Positions 1 through 8,850 of a stretch of 59,339 bases of DNA are shown piece by piece (within the stretch, counting starts at the first letter, position 1; each line of letters begins with the position of its first letter). Under the pieces are notes generated by a model. It did no database searches. It had not been told where the DNA came from and saw only the letters and a program-made list of their open reading frames with translations. The position numbers and the translations under genes were made by a program. Source of the stretch: Nitrospirota bacterium (GTDB lineage: Bacteria; Nitrospirota; Thermodesulfovibrionia; Thermodesulfovibrionales; JdFR-88); contig JAJYLE010000001.1 of assembly GCA_021788025.1 (NCBI GenBank), positions 1 to 59,339 of the forward strand, written 5' to 3'.

Positions 1-33
1 AAACTGGCGCTGCCAATGGTTACAATGGTTACA

Positions 34-507
34 TTACTTCCTGCCCGCCTGGGCGAACATGGCCTGTGCGCCCTCCTGCATCTCCTTGGGCGAAACGTCC
101 TTCACATGGGTTGCTATCCACCAGTTATAACCGAAGGGGTCCTGAACGGTGCCCACCCGGTCCCCCCAGAACATCTCCTGCAGCGGCATCTGGCTTTTTG
201 CGCCCGCCGCCACCGCCTTCTGAAACATCTGGTCCGCATTGTCCACGTAAATATAGAAGCTGACAGGGGAGCATCCCACAGACTCCGCGCTTTTGCAGGG
301 CTGGTTCGGGTTTTCGTCCTGCAGCATGATAAGCGAGTTGCCGATCTGCATCTCGGCGTGCATTATCCCTTTGCCGTCGGGCCCTGGAACAGAATACTTC
401 TCCGTGGCCCCGAATGCGCGCTTGTAGAATTCAATTGCCTTGCCCGCATTTTTTAATGTGAGCATCGGGGTTACGCTGTGAAATCCTTCCGGTATCGGTT
501 TTGCCAT
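34..507 (-). CDS. VOC/glyoxalase-family protein (PhnB-like)
   Basis: 157-aa ORF with a PhnB-like VOC pattern (SVTPMLTL, AIEFYKRAFGA, MHAEMQIG, FWGDRVGTVQDPFGYNWWIA). AGGAGG lies 5 nt upstream of the ATG. Confidence 0.75.
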   Translation of the reverse strand: MAKPIPEGFHSVTPMLTLKNAGKAIEFYKRAFGATEKYSVPGPDGKGIMHAEMQIGNSLIMLQDENPNQPCKSAESVGCSPVSFYIYVDNADQMFQKAVAAGAKSQMPLQEMFWGDRVGTVQDPFGYNWWIATHVKDVSPKEMQEGAQAMFAQAGRK

Positions 508-649
508 TGGGTGCCTCCTTGTTTAGGGGGGAGATTGTTTGCGAGGATAATATCCCTTCTCAAAGGCTAGCAGATGCCGGAAGGATTGCAAGTTGAAGGA
601 TTCAGAACGATAAACACCAACTCAGGTTTTCCTGGATAAATATTTTTGT

Positions 650-935
650 GATTGGTTGTTTGTTTTGCGGCGGCATTCGCCGGCATAGCTGAATATATAA
701 TCTTGGGTTTTTTCTTTTTGGCGGGACGGTATTCGTCTGAGCTGGGCCTCGTCTCGCTTTTATTAAATTACCGTTTTGGCCGCGCGGCTCACACGAATAC
801 GGCAAACGGCCAACGCCGCCGCGCCGCAGGTCCGGGATGGCTCGCCCGGCCACTCTACGAAACCGCCCCGCTTTCCCAGGATAAGGCAAAACCAAAGCCA
901 AATACGGCGTAAGGCTCTTAGGATAGCCTTTTTGG
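650..935. repeat. Non-coding repeat family 1, copy 1 (candidate structured RNA or MITE-like element)
   Basis: Aligns by eye along its length with 12310-12600 in the same orientation. No reading frame is shared between the copies. An internal 10-bp helix (721-730 / 862-871) is preserved in the other copy with a compensatory change. Confidence 0.6.
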
Positions 936-977
936 CAGAGGACCAAAACGGATGGCAGAGATTTTAAAAAAACGAAG

Positions 978-1778
978 CTACTCTTGTTTCTTTCCCTTTT
1001 TGAGGTGCTGCTCTTTTACTGCCAGGGTCTGTTCCAGGCCAAGTATGAATTTGAGGTATTTAAAACCCAGCTTCATCATGGCCTCTTCGGATTCCGCAAC
1101 GGCCTTCTGCTCCTCCGCGGGGACATCGAAGATATCGAAAAAGCGGCTGTCCAGGACGAACCTGCGGAATTTATCCAGATCGTAGCTGGCCATAAAGAAC
1201 TGGAGGCGTTTCTTTTCGTCCAGGGCTGGCTGGTTTGGAAGATTGCGGCGCATAAGAAGCTCTTTCCACTCGCGGTTCATGGAATCGTACAGGGTTATCT
1301 CCTGGTCGTCCTTCCAGGTGGCAATGGTCCACTCATCGGGCTCGTCATAGCCTTTGCAGTGAGGTTCCTTTACAAAGAAATAGAACTCCTCGTGGATTAT
1401 CTTGCCCGCGTCATCCCTCTTTTTTAACGTGCCCTGCCCAATTGGATAATACCGGCAGCTTACAGGCCTGTCGGCGTAAATAGTGCAGCCTTCGGGCACC
1501 TTGAGAAACGGGCACAGCTTGCCCTCGCTGTCCGTCATCTTCAGATAGGCATAGGGATGGGACGAGTTTTTATCGGCGCGGATAATCGTATACTTTTCTA
1601 TGAACTCCTCGGAACTTATGCCCAGCCTTCTTTTAAGACGCAGCACGTCATAAGGAGTGAGCATTATGTCTATATTGGAACAGCACCGGGTGAAACAGGA
1701 TACCCCCGGATGGCATTTAAACTTGAACCCCGATTCCAGATTGAGCTGGGTGGGCTGCACGGCCTTCATGTTAAACAT
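978..1778 (-). CDS. YkgJ-family (UPF0153) cysteine-cluster protein
   Basis: 266-aa ORF with N-terminal CHPGVSCFTRCC and later LCPFL...GCTIYADRPVSCRYYP, the CxxCxxCC-type zinc/iron-chelating signature of the family. GAGGA lies upstream of the ATG. Confidence 0.7.
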   Translation of the reverse strand: MFNMKAVQPTQLNLESGFKFKCHPGVSCFTRCCSNIDIMLTPYDVLRLKRRLGISSEEFIEKYTIIRADKNSSHPYAYLKMTDSEGKLCPFLKVPEGCTIYADRPVSCRYYPIGQGTLKKRDDAGKIIHEEFYFFVKEPHCKGYDEPDEWTIATWKDDQEITLYDSMNREWKELLMRRNLPNQPALDEKKRLQFFMASYDLDKFRRFVLDSRFFDIFDVPAEEQKAVAESEEAMMKLGFKYLKFILGLEQTLAVKEQHLKKGKKQE

Positions 1779-1885
1779 TTCTTGTTCCTCTAAAAATTCG
1801 GTTTAAGCTCTGATTAAAGCCTGTTTATTCTAACATAGCACCGGCCCCCAAAGCCCCGCGGCCTTTATATGGCCAAAAGCATATG

Positions 1886-1894
1886 TGATATAAT
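1886..1894 (+). promoter_or_regulatory. Extended -10 promoter element (TGATATAAT) for the PfkB kinase gene
   Basis: TGnTATAAT match ending 11 nt before the ATG at 1906, implying a very short leader. No clear -35 element. Confidence 0.35.
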
Positions 1895-1905
1895 TGATTT
1901 CGCTT

Positions 1906-2814
1906 ATGGGCATACTGGTTGTCGGCTCGGTAGCTCTGGATACCATAAAGACCCCCTTTGGCCAGGTTGAAGAGGCCTTGGGCGGGTCCGCCACCTATTT
2001 TTCCGTGTCCGCCAGCTATTTTACGGACGTGCGCGTGGTGGCGGTGGTTGGAGAGGATTTTCCGGAAAAACACGTCTCCATGCTCAAATCCAAGAAGGTA
2101 TGCCTTAAAGGGCTGGAGCGCGCCCCCGGCAAGACCTTCCGCTGGGCCGGTTTTTACGATTACGACCTCAACACCGCCCATACGCTTAAAACCGAGCTTA
2201 ACGTTTTTGAGAGCTTTGAGCCTAAGCTGCCGGAGGAATACGCGAACTCCGATATAGTGTTTCTTGCCAATATAGACCCGGTGCTCCAAAGACGCGTTTT
2301 AAGCCAGGTGAAGTCGCCCAGGCTGGTTGCCGCGGACACCATGAACTTCTGGATAGAAAACAAGCGGGACGAGCTTATTGAAACACTGAAACTGGTGGAC
2401 ATTCTTACCATAAACGAGTCTGAGGCCAGGGAGCTTTCCGGCGAGCCCAATCTGATAAAGGCGGCCAGGAAGGTGCTCTCATTCGGCCCGAAAACCCTCA
2501 TAATAAAGAGGGGCGAATACGGCGTGCTGATGTTCAATGACGGCAATTTCTTTTCCGCGCCGGCCTATCCGCTGGAGGCGGTGTATGATCCAACCGGGGC
2601 CGGGGACACCTTTGCCGGCGGGTTCATGGGCTATATATCAAGCATAATGGACTGGGCGGACCCCAATCTGAGGAAAGCCCTTGTTATGGGCAGCGTTATG
2701 GCCTCCTATGCGGTGGAGGATTTCAGCCTTGGCGGCATAAAGGCGCTGGATTACAAAGAGATTGAAGGCAGGTTCAAGGAGTTTAAAAAGCTGTCCCACT
2801 TTGAAGACCTTTAA
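1906..2814 (+). CDS. PfkB-family carbohydrate/nucleoside kinase
   Basis: ORF 1894-2814. The N-terminus MGILVVGSVALD and C-terminal DPTGAGDTFAGGF are ribokinase/PfkB signatures. I prefer the ATG at 1906 over the TTG at 1894. Confidence 0.8.
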   Translation: MGILVVGSVALDTIKTPFGQVEEALGGSATYFSVSASYFTDVRVVAVVGEDFPEKHVSMLKSKKVCLKGLERAPGKTFRWAGFYDYDLNTAHTLKTELNVFESFEPKLPEEYANSDIVFLANIDPVLQRRVLSQVKSPRLVAADTMNFWIENKRDELIETLKLVDILTINESEARELSGEPNLIKAARKVLSFGPKTLIIKRGEYGVLMFNDGNFFSAPAYPLEAVYDPTGAGDTFAGGFMGYISSIMDWADPNLRKALVMGSVMASYAVEDFSLGGIKALDYKEIEGRFKEFKKLSHFEDL

Positions 2815-3484
2815 GCTGGTCTTCCAGGTGTGCTTTTTCCCGTAATAAATCTGCTTTCTTCCGGCGGTCGGCAGCTATTTCGTCTTTTTTCCTGTTAAAG
2901 ATATCTTCAAGCTGCCCCTTCCTTATGAAGTTGGACTGGACCATGCTCTGTTCATCGGGAGAAAGATACTGCATGTATACCTGATTGGCCACAAGGGGGC
3001 TCTTGCCCGCCGCCATGGCTGCGTTTCTGCCCTTTTCAAAGAGGTTTTCTATCCTCAATCTCACCTGGTAATACTCGTCCTGCAGATCTTTATACTTGTC
3101 CAGCTTTACTTGCAGCCGCTGGAGCGCGCCGTCGTCTATTGCTATCTGGTTCTGAATCTGGCTTTCCCTGGCGCTTTGCCCTTTGCCGCCCGCATGCGGT
3201 TTCACAGTTTTTGGCGCGGGGGCGGAAGGCACGGCATGCTCGGGCACCAGTTTTTCACCCGCTCCGGGGGTATATTGCTCAATTTTCAGGACTTCGGAGT
3301 CGGGCACGCCTATCATGCCGCCATGATAGAGGAATTTTACCTGGCCGTCTTTCTTTTCGATGTTGGGCAGCCCGCTTATTACGGAGCCGTTTTTCAGGTA
3401 TATCCTGTAAGCCCCAAAAGCGGGAATGGCGGAAAAAACAAACAGAAGGGCCAAAAGGATCGGGACAAGGCGGCCTTTGCACAT
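2783..3484 (-). CDS. Secreted hypothetical protein (signal peptide, Pro-rich linker, coiled-coil-like C-terminal half)
   Basis: 233-aa ORF. The N-terminal hydrophobic stretch LVPILLALLFVFSAIPAFGA looks like a signal peptide. The C-terminal half is rich in heptad-like charged repeats. I recognise no family. Confidence 0.5.
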   Translation of the reverse strand: MCKGRLVPILLALLFVFSAIPAFGAYRIYLKNGSVISGLPNIEKKDGQVKFLYHGGMIGVPDSEVLKIEQYTPGAGEKLVPEHAVPSAPAPKTVKPHAGGKGQSARESQIQNQIAIDDGALQRLQVKLDKYKDLQDEYYQVRLRIENLFEKGRNAAMAAGKSPLVANQVYMQYLSPDEQSMVQSNFIRKGQLEDIFNRKKDEIAADRRKKADLLREKAHLEDQLKGLQSGTAF

Positions 3485-3521
3485 AGCTTCATTCTATCAC
3501 AATGCAAGCCCGGTTTTTTGA

Positions 3522-4193
3522 CTAGAACTGTTTCTTGAATTCGTCGAATTCCCGCCTTAACTCTTCAAGCTGGTTTTTAAGTCTGTCAACCTCGTCTTTA
3601 AGCTCCGTTATGGCTGCGGAGGCCCCGGCCTTTTCGCCGGAGGCCATATCCGGCAACTCCGCCGTCTCCGGTGCCGTCTCCGGTATTGCATCAGCGCCTG
3701 CAAATAGGTGCATGTACCTTGATTCCTTTTTCCCCGCTTCGCGGGGCAGTTTCATAACAAGCGGCGGGCCGTATTCAATGAGGGAGCGGAGCGTTTCTTC
3801 CACCTCATTGAGACTGCCAAAAGGGGCCAGTCTGGCCGCATTGGAGCGCAACTCCCCCTGTGTTTGCGGACCGCGCAGCATCAGCTCACAAATCAATGCG
3901 GTCTCCTGCTTTGAAAGCTCGAACTTAGACAGCATCTCGTGCATGTATTTAGTAACGCGCTCCCCGGGGGGGGTTATGCCGGTTGCAAGGCCCTTTTGCC
4001 TGAGCCCTTCCAGCCCCTTTAGCACGGACTGCTCACCCATCACCAGCACCGGGTTTCTGTTAGATTTCTGGTTGCAGGCATTTGTAAGCGCGTTTAGTGA
4101 AAGCGGATAATACTCCGGGGTGGCCATCTCTTTTTCAATAAGGCAGCCAAGCACCCGTACCTCTATGCCGTCCAGGACTATATCCATTTTCAA
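3522..4193 (-). CDS. YceH-family protein (DUF480)
   Basis: 223-aa ORF. The N-terminus LDGIEVRVLGCLIEKEMATPEYYPLSLNALTNACNQKSNRNPVL closely matches the YceH/DUF480 winged-helix signature. Confidence 0.75.
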   Translation of the reverse strand: MKMDIVLDGIEVRVLGCLIEKEMATPEYYPLSLNALTNACNQKSNRNPVLVMGEQSVLKGLEGLRQKGLATGITPPGERVTKYMHEMLSKFELSKQETALICELMLRGPQTQGELRSNAARLAPFGSLNEVEETLRSLIEYGPPLVMKLPREAGKKESRYMHLFAGADAIPETAPETAELPDMASGEKAGASAAITELKDEVDRLKNQLEELRREFDEFKKQF

Positions 4194-4261
4194 ATTGGTG
4201 TGCCGTAAACACCTTTATAATATCAGGCGGAAAGGGAAGTTGGAATGCGGTTGTGGCTGCC

Positions 4262-5038
4262 TTACCGGGCCGTAAGGGTCTTTAACAGAAGCGCGGTAGC
4301 CACAAATGGGTATTTCTCCAGATGAAGCGAGGGGCCAAGGATTGATGTATAAGCGAATTTATTGAGCAGGCGCTCGTCATACCGGGCCTGCGGGCATCGG
4401 CGGCGCAGTTCCTGGATCAAATAGCCGAAATTTGCTGCCCGCGTGGGTTTCAGCGCGGGGCCAAGCGAATCGTATAGCAGCCTGTTTTCCGGAAGGCAAA
4501 CGGCTGGCAACCCATCGGAGTAAATGTTTGCAAACCCTTCCTGTTCCACGGTCTTTATCTCGTGGACGGTCTTTTCTTTTTTGGTCATGGATAACCCTTG
4601 AGTAATAAGGGTGCGCTGAAGGCTGAATTTGCGCTCCACCTTTGTCTCCGTCCGGATGTTAGTGCTGGTGGCCCTGCCGCGGATTATAAGGTTAATTGCC
4701 GGGTATGGAAGGGTCAGGCCCCCGCCGTCTGAAAGATTAAGTACGAGCCCGGTTTCGCCAAGCTCAAACCTTTTTGCGGCCTTCATCCCGGCCTCTGCCT
4801 GCAGGGCCTCATCTTCCAGCAGCATTGCGCTGAAACCTTCGGATTGCAGTTTTTCCAGCAGCAGCCCAGCCCGCTCTTTTTCCGCAAAAGCGCCTATCAC
4901 AATTGGGCCGGCTACGGAGCCACCGCCTGCCCCAAGCCTCTGGCGGGCCTCGTAGAGGGTCAGCCCAAGCGCTTTTACCAGGCGGCCAGCCGCCTCTTCC
5001 CTGTTTTCCGGCGAAGCGGCTATTGCAACTATATTCAT
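4262..5038 (-). CDS. Hypothetical protein
   Basis: Open frame 4262-5122. I favour the internal ATG at 5038 (MNIVAIAAS...), but neither start has a clear RBS. I recognise no domain. Confidence 0.45.
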   Translation of the reverse strand: MNIVAIAASPENREEAAGRLVKALGLTLYEARQRLGAGGGSVAGPIVIGAFAEKERAGLLLEKLQSEGFSAMLLEDEALQAEAGMKAAKRFELGETGLVLNLSDGGGLTLPYPAINLIIRGRATSTNIRTETKVERKFSLQRTLITQGLSMTKKEKTVHEIKTVEQEGFANIYSDGLPAVCLPENRLLYDSLGPALKPTRAANFGYLIQELRRRCPQARYDERLLNKFAYTSILGPSLHLEKYPFVATALLLKTLTAR

Positions 5039-5336
5039 GATAATGACCACATAACGGCTGCGCCCTCTAGTATATACCCAATGCCAGCCGGAAATGGGCC
5101 GGAACAGGCGGGGTTTATACATTTTAATTTAAAATCAGGAACTTACCTTTAAAAGTAATTGTTTGCCCCTTATGTACTTATAAAAGAAAGAAATTTCCCA
5201 TCAAGGTTGTTTTTAGGTTATACTTTTCTGTTAATAGAAGATCCGATTTCCCGGCTGAGGTATTCCAGCCGTGATCTGATGCAGATCAAACTGAAACGAA
5301 AAAGGCCTTAAGAAGAATGATTAGGAGGTTTCCCAG

Positions 5337-6602
5337 ATGGCTCAAGATCCGATCCTCGTCATAGGCGGAGGCATCAGCGGCCTCACTGCCGCGATAGAGG
5401 CTGCCGAGTGTGGCTGCGAGGCGGTGGTGGTTGAAAAGAACGCCTACCTGGGCGGCAGAGTCGCCCAGCTGAACAAGTATTTTCCCAAGCTCTGCCCCCC
5501 TCTCTGCGGACTGGAGATAAACTACCGCAGGATCAAGGAGAATCCCCGGCTAACCTTCCATACCCAGGCCGAAGTGACCAGCATAACGGCCAGCGGCGGC
5601 GGATATAACGTGACCATCCAGGTTGCCCCACGTTTTGTAAACGATAAATGCGTGGCTTGCGACGCCTGCGCACAGGCCTGCCCTTCGGAGCGTTCTGACG
5701 ACTTCAACTTCGGAATGTCCAGGACCAAGGCGGCCTATCTTCCTTTTGACCAGGCTTTCCCCCAGAAATACGTGATAGACGGGGCAAGCTGCAAGGCCGA
5801 TTGCGGCAAAAAATGTCAGGAGGCCTGCAAGTACGGGGCCATAGACATGGACATGAAGCCCGAGACCCTGAACCTGAAGGTCTCCGCCATAGTGATGGCC
5901 ACCGGCTGGAACCCCTATGACATTACCAGGGCAGACAACCTTGGGATGGGCAAGGTCAAAAACGTAATAAACAACATGATGATGGAGAGGCTGGCGGCCG
6001 CAAACGGGCCTACTTCCGGCAAGATACTGAGGCCATCGGACGGCAAGGAGCCCAAAAAAGTGGCCTTTGTGCAGTGCGCGGGATCGAGGGACGAAAACCA
6101 TCTGCCCTACTGCTCCTACATATGCTGCCTGGCTTCCCTGAAGCACATTTCCTATGTAAAGGAGCAGTATCCCGAAGCCCAGGCCACCATGTTCTATATA
6201 GACGTAAGGACGCCCGGAAGATACGAAAAGTTCTACTGGAAGGTAAGGGACATGGAGGGCGTTACCCTTACAAAAGGCAAAGTGGCCAAGATATACAATG
6301 CCCAGGGCACGGATGATCCGGTTGTGGTGATTGAGGACGTGCTCTCCGGCAAGAAGGTGGAAGAGCAGTTCGATATGGTGGTGCTGGCCTCCGGGATGGA
6401 AGCATCCCAGAGGACCAGGCCGGTTCCTGTGAGCGTGTCCTACACGCCTGAAGGGATGATAATCCCCTCATCACTGCCGCCTGGAATATATGCATCAGGC
6501 ACGGCCAAAAGCCCGGTGGACGTTGCCAAATCCATGCAGGAAGCAACGGGTGTAGCACTGAAATCGATCAGCAAGCTTCTGTCCGCTGGAGGTGCAAACT
6601 AA
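5337..6602 (+). CDS. qmoA: QmoA, HdrA-like flavoprotein subunit of the quinone-interacting membrane-bound oxidoreductase
   Basis: 421 aa with an FAD dinucleotide fold (VIGGGISGLTAAIEAAE), HdrA-like core and CVACDACAQACP ferredoxin motif. First gene of a three-gene set with QmoB and QmoC architecture. AGGAGG lies upstream of the ATG. Confidence 0.8.
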   Translation: MAQDPILVIGGGISGLTAAIEAAECGCEAVVVEKNAYLGGRVAQLNKYFPKLCPPLCGLEINYRRIKENPRLTFHTQAEVTSITASGGGYNVTIQVAPRFVNDKCVACDACAQACPSERSDDFNFGMSRTKAAYLPFDQAFPQKYVIDGASCKADCGKKCQEACKYGAIDMDMKPETLNLKVSAIVMATGWNPYDITRADNLGMGKVKNVINNMMMERLAAANGPTSGKILRPSDGKEPKKVAFVQCAGSRDENHLPYCSYICCLASLKHISYVKEQYPEAQATMFYIDVRTPGRYEKFYWKVRDMEGVTLTKGKVAKIYNAQGTDDPVVVIEDVLSGKKVEEQFDMVVLASGMEASQRTRPVPVSVSYTPEGMIIPSSLPPGIYASGTAKSPVDVAKSMQEATGVALKSISKLLSAGGAN

Positions 6603-6603
6603 A

Positions 6604-8838
6604 ATGGAAAAGAAATACGGCGTATATATATGCAAAGGCTGCGGCATCGGGGAGAGCCTGAATGTCGATAAGGTAATAGACTCGGTTGTCTCCAATACCC
6701 GCTTTGCCAAGGACAAGATAAAAACGCACGACGTGCTTTGCAGCCCTGAAGGCATTGCCATGATCCGCGAGGACATCAAAAACGAGGGTGTAAACGCGCT
6801 AAATATCTGCGCGTGCTCCCAGAGGGCCAAGTACGAGGAGTTCGATTTTCCCGGCTGCGTAATGGTGCGCACCAATTTAAGGGAGATGGTAGCGTGGAGC
6901 CTGGAGCCCGGCAACGAACAGACCGGCGCCATTGCGGCTGATTACGTTGGAATGGGCATAATCAGGATGCAGAAGGCCGAACTGCCGGAGCCTGGCATAC
7001 TTGAGAACCTCAATAAAACGATACTCGTAATAGGCGGCGGCCCTGCGGGGCTTACCGCGGCGCTGGAAGCCTCGGCCGCCGGTTACGAAGTGGCTATTGT
7101 GGAAAAGGAAGCAGTGCTGGGCGGCATGGCCATAAAGAATTTCAAGGCCCTGCCAAGCGAGTACCCTTTCAAGGAGCTTCAGACCCTGCCGGTGCTTGAG
7201 AAAATCAGGAAGGCGGAGTCCAACCCCAAAATCAAGATATTCAAGTCCGCCACGGTGGAGAAGATAGACGGCCAGCCGGGGCTTTATGATGTGACCCTGA
7301 AGACTCCAGCGGGTGAGGAGGCCCTGAAGGCAGGCGCGATTGTCCTTGCTGCCGGCTATAAGCCGTATGATGCAACCAAGCTCGGGAAGCTGGGTTACGG
7401 GCTTCCAAACGTAGTAACCAGCACGGAGTTTGAAGAGATCGCAAAAAAAGGCGGCATAAAGAGGCCTCTTGACGGCAAGCCTGCCAAAAAGGTGGCGTTC
7501 ATCCAGTGTGCGGGCTCAAGGGATCCGGAGCATCTTCCGTACTGCTCCCATACCTGCTGCATGGGGTCACTAAAACAAGCCAAGTATGTGCGCGAGGCGG
7601 ACCCCGAAGCGATGGCCATGATCCTCTACAAGGACATAAGGACGCCAGGGCAGTCGGAACTTTTCTACATGAACATGCAGAACGACCCCGGCGTAATGCT
7701 TACAAAAGGCGAAGTGAAACAGGTTACCCAGGGTGTTGGCGGCAACCTGATGATAGAAGCGGAAAATACACTTTTCGGCGGCAGTGTAAAAATAGAGGCG
7801 GACATGGTGGTGCTTGCCACGGGCATTGTGCCTGCTACCGCCGGGCCGCAGGCCTATCTGGACGGGCTTGCAAAGGCTGCCGGCAAGGGCGACGCCGAAA
7901 AGGCCAAATTTATTGAAGAGACCCCGAAACCCCAGTTCATACTCAATCTCGGATACCGGCAGGGGCCCGAGATACCTTCCATGGAAGGGGCGTTCGGCTT
8001 TGCCGATTCCAATTTCCTCTGCTTCCAGTATGAAACCAGAAGGACCGGCATCTATGCTGCTGGTTGTGTAAGGCAGCCGATGACCGAGGCCGAGGCCGAG
8101 GCCGACGCGGCTGGGGCGGCCATGAAGGCCATCCAGTGCATGGAGCACGTGGCCAAGGGCATCGCCGTGCACCCCAGGGCGTGGGACGTCACGTACCCGG
8201 ATCCGCTCATGGCCAGATGTACGTCCTGCAAACGCTGCACGGAGGAATGCCCCTTCGGCGCAATAGATGAGGACGCCAAAGGCACCCCGTTCTACAAGAT
8301 AAACCGCTGCAGAAGGTGCGGCACCTGCATGGGCGCCTGCCCGGAGCGCATAGTCTCCTTCAAGGACTTCAACGTGGACCTCATAGGCTCCATGATCAAA
8401 TCCGTCGATATACCGGAAGATGGCATAAGGGTAATAGTGCTGGCGTGCGAAAACGACGCCTACCCGGCCCTGGACACCGTTGGTATCAGAAGACAGCAGA
8501 AATTGAACCCGGCCATCAGGGTAATACCTGTAAGGTGCCTTGGTTCCACAAACCTGGTATGGGTGGCCGACGCCTTCTCAAGAGGCGTGGACGGCCTGCT
8601 GCTTCTGGGCTGCAAGTTCGGCGAGGATTACCAGTGCCACTTCGTAAAGGGCAGCGAACTGGCCAATTACCGCTTCAGCAAGGTACAGGAAACCCTCAAC
8701 AGGCTTCAGCTTGAGGCCGAGCGCTGCCAGATGATGGAAGTGGGCATAGACGATTACAACAAACTGCCCGAAAGAATAAACCAGTTCGTTAAGAAGATAG
8801 AAGACGAGATTGGCCCTAACCCGTTCAAGGGCTTCTAA
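6604..8838 (+). CDS. qmoB: QmoB, HdrA-like flavoprotein with C-terminal MvhD-like domain
   Basis: About 744 aa from the ATG at 6604 (GGAGG upstream). Contains VIGGGPAGLTAALEA, two 4Fe-4S motifs (CTSCKRCTEECP, CRRCGTCMGACP) and a C-terminal MvhD-like segment (LACENDAYPALD...LLLLGCKFGEDYQCHF). Confidence 0.8.
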   Translation: MEKKYGVYICKGCGIGESLNVDKVIDSVVSNTRFAKDKIKTHDVLCSPEGIAMIREDIKNEGVNALNICACSQRAKYEEFDFPGCVMVRTNLREMVAWSLEPGNEQTGAIAADYVGMGIIRMQKAELPEPGILENLNKTILVIGGGPAGLTAALEASAAGYEVAIVEKEAVLGGMAIKNFKALPSEYPFKELQTLPVLEKIRKAESNPKIKIFKSATVEKIDGQPGLYDVTLKTPAGEEALKAGAIVLAAGYKPYDATKLGKLGYGLPNVVTSTEFEEIAKKGGIKRPLDGKPAKKVAFIQCAGSRDPEHLPYCSHTCCMGSLKQAKYVREADPEAMAMILYKDIRTPGQSELFYMNMQNDPGVMLTKGEVKQVTQGVGGNLMIEAENTLFGGSVKIEADMVVLATGIVPATAGPQAYLDGLAKAAGKGDAEKAKFIEETPKPQFILNLGYRQGPEIPSMEGAFGFADSNFLCFQYETRRTGIYAAGCVRQPMTEAEAEADAAGAAMKAIQCMEHVAKGIAVHPRAWDVTYPDPLMARCTSCKRCTEECPFGAIDEDAKGTPFYKINRCRRCGTCMGACPERIVSFKDFNVDLIGSMIKSVDIPEDGIRVIVLACENDAYPALDTVGIRRQQKLNPAIRVIPVRCLGSTNLVWVADAFSRGVDGLLLLGCKFGEDYQCHFVKGSELANYRFSKVQETLNRLQLEAERCQMMEVGIDDYNKLPERINQFVKKIEDEIGPNPFKGF

Positions 8839-8850
8839 GGAGGAATTGAG

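Noticed and set aside
602-946. ORFs over repeat family 1 (602-946 minus, 652-912 plus, 776-967 plus, and 12366-12678 in copy 2) as possible protein genes
   Set aside because: The two copies do not preserve any common reading frame. Aligned blocks fall in different frames and copy 2 has an extra segment of about 45 nt. The translations are Arg/Pro-rich and no RBS is present.
8086-8103. (GAGGCC)x3 tandem hexamer
   Set aside because: It lies in frame within qmoB and simply encodes an EAEAEA linker. It shows no sign of being a regulatory or mobile repeat.
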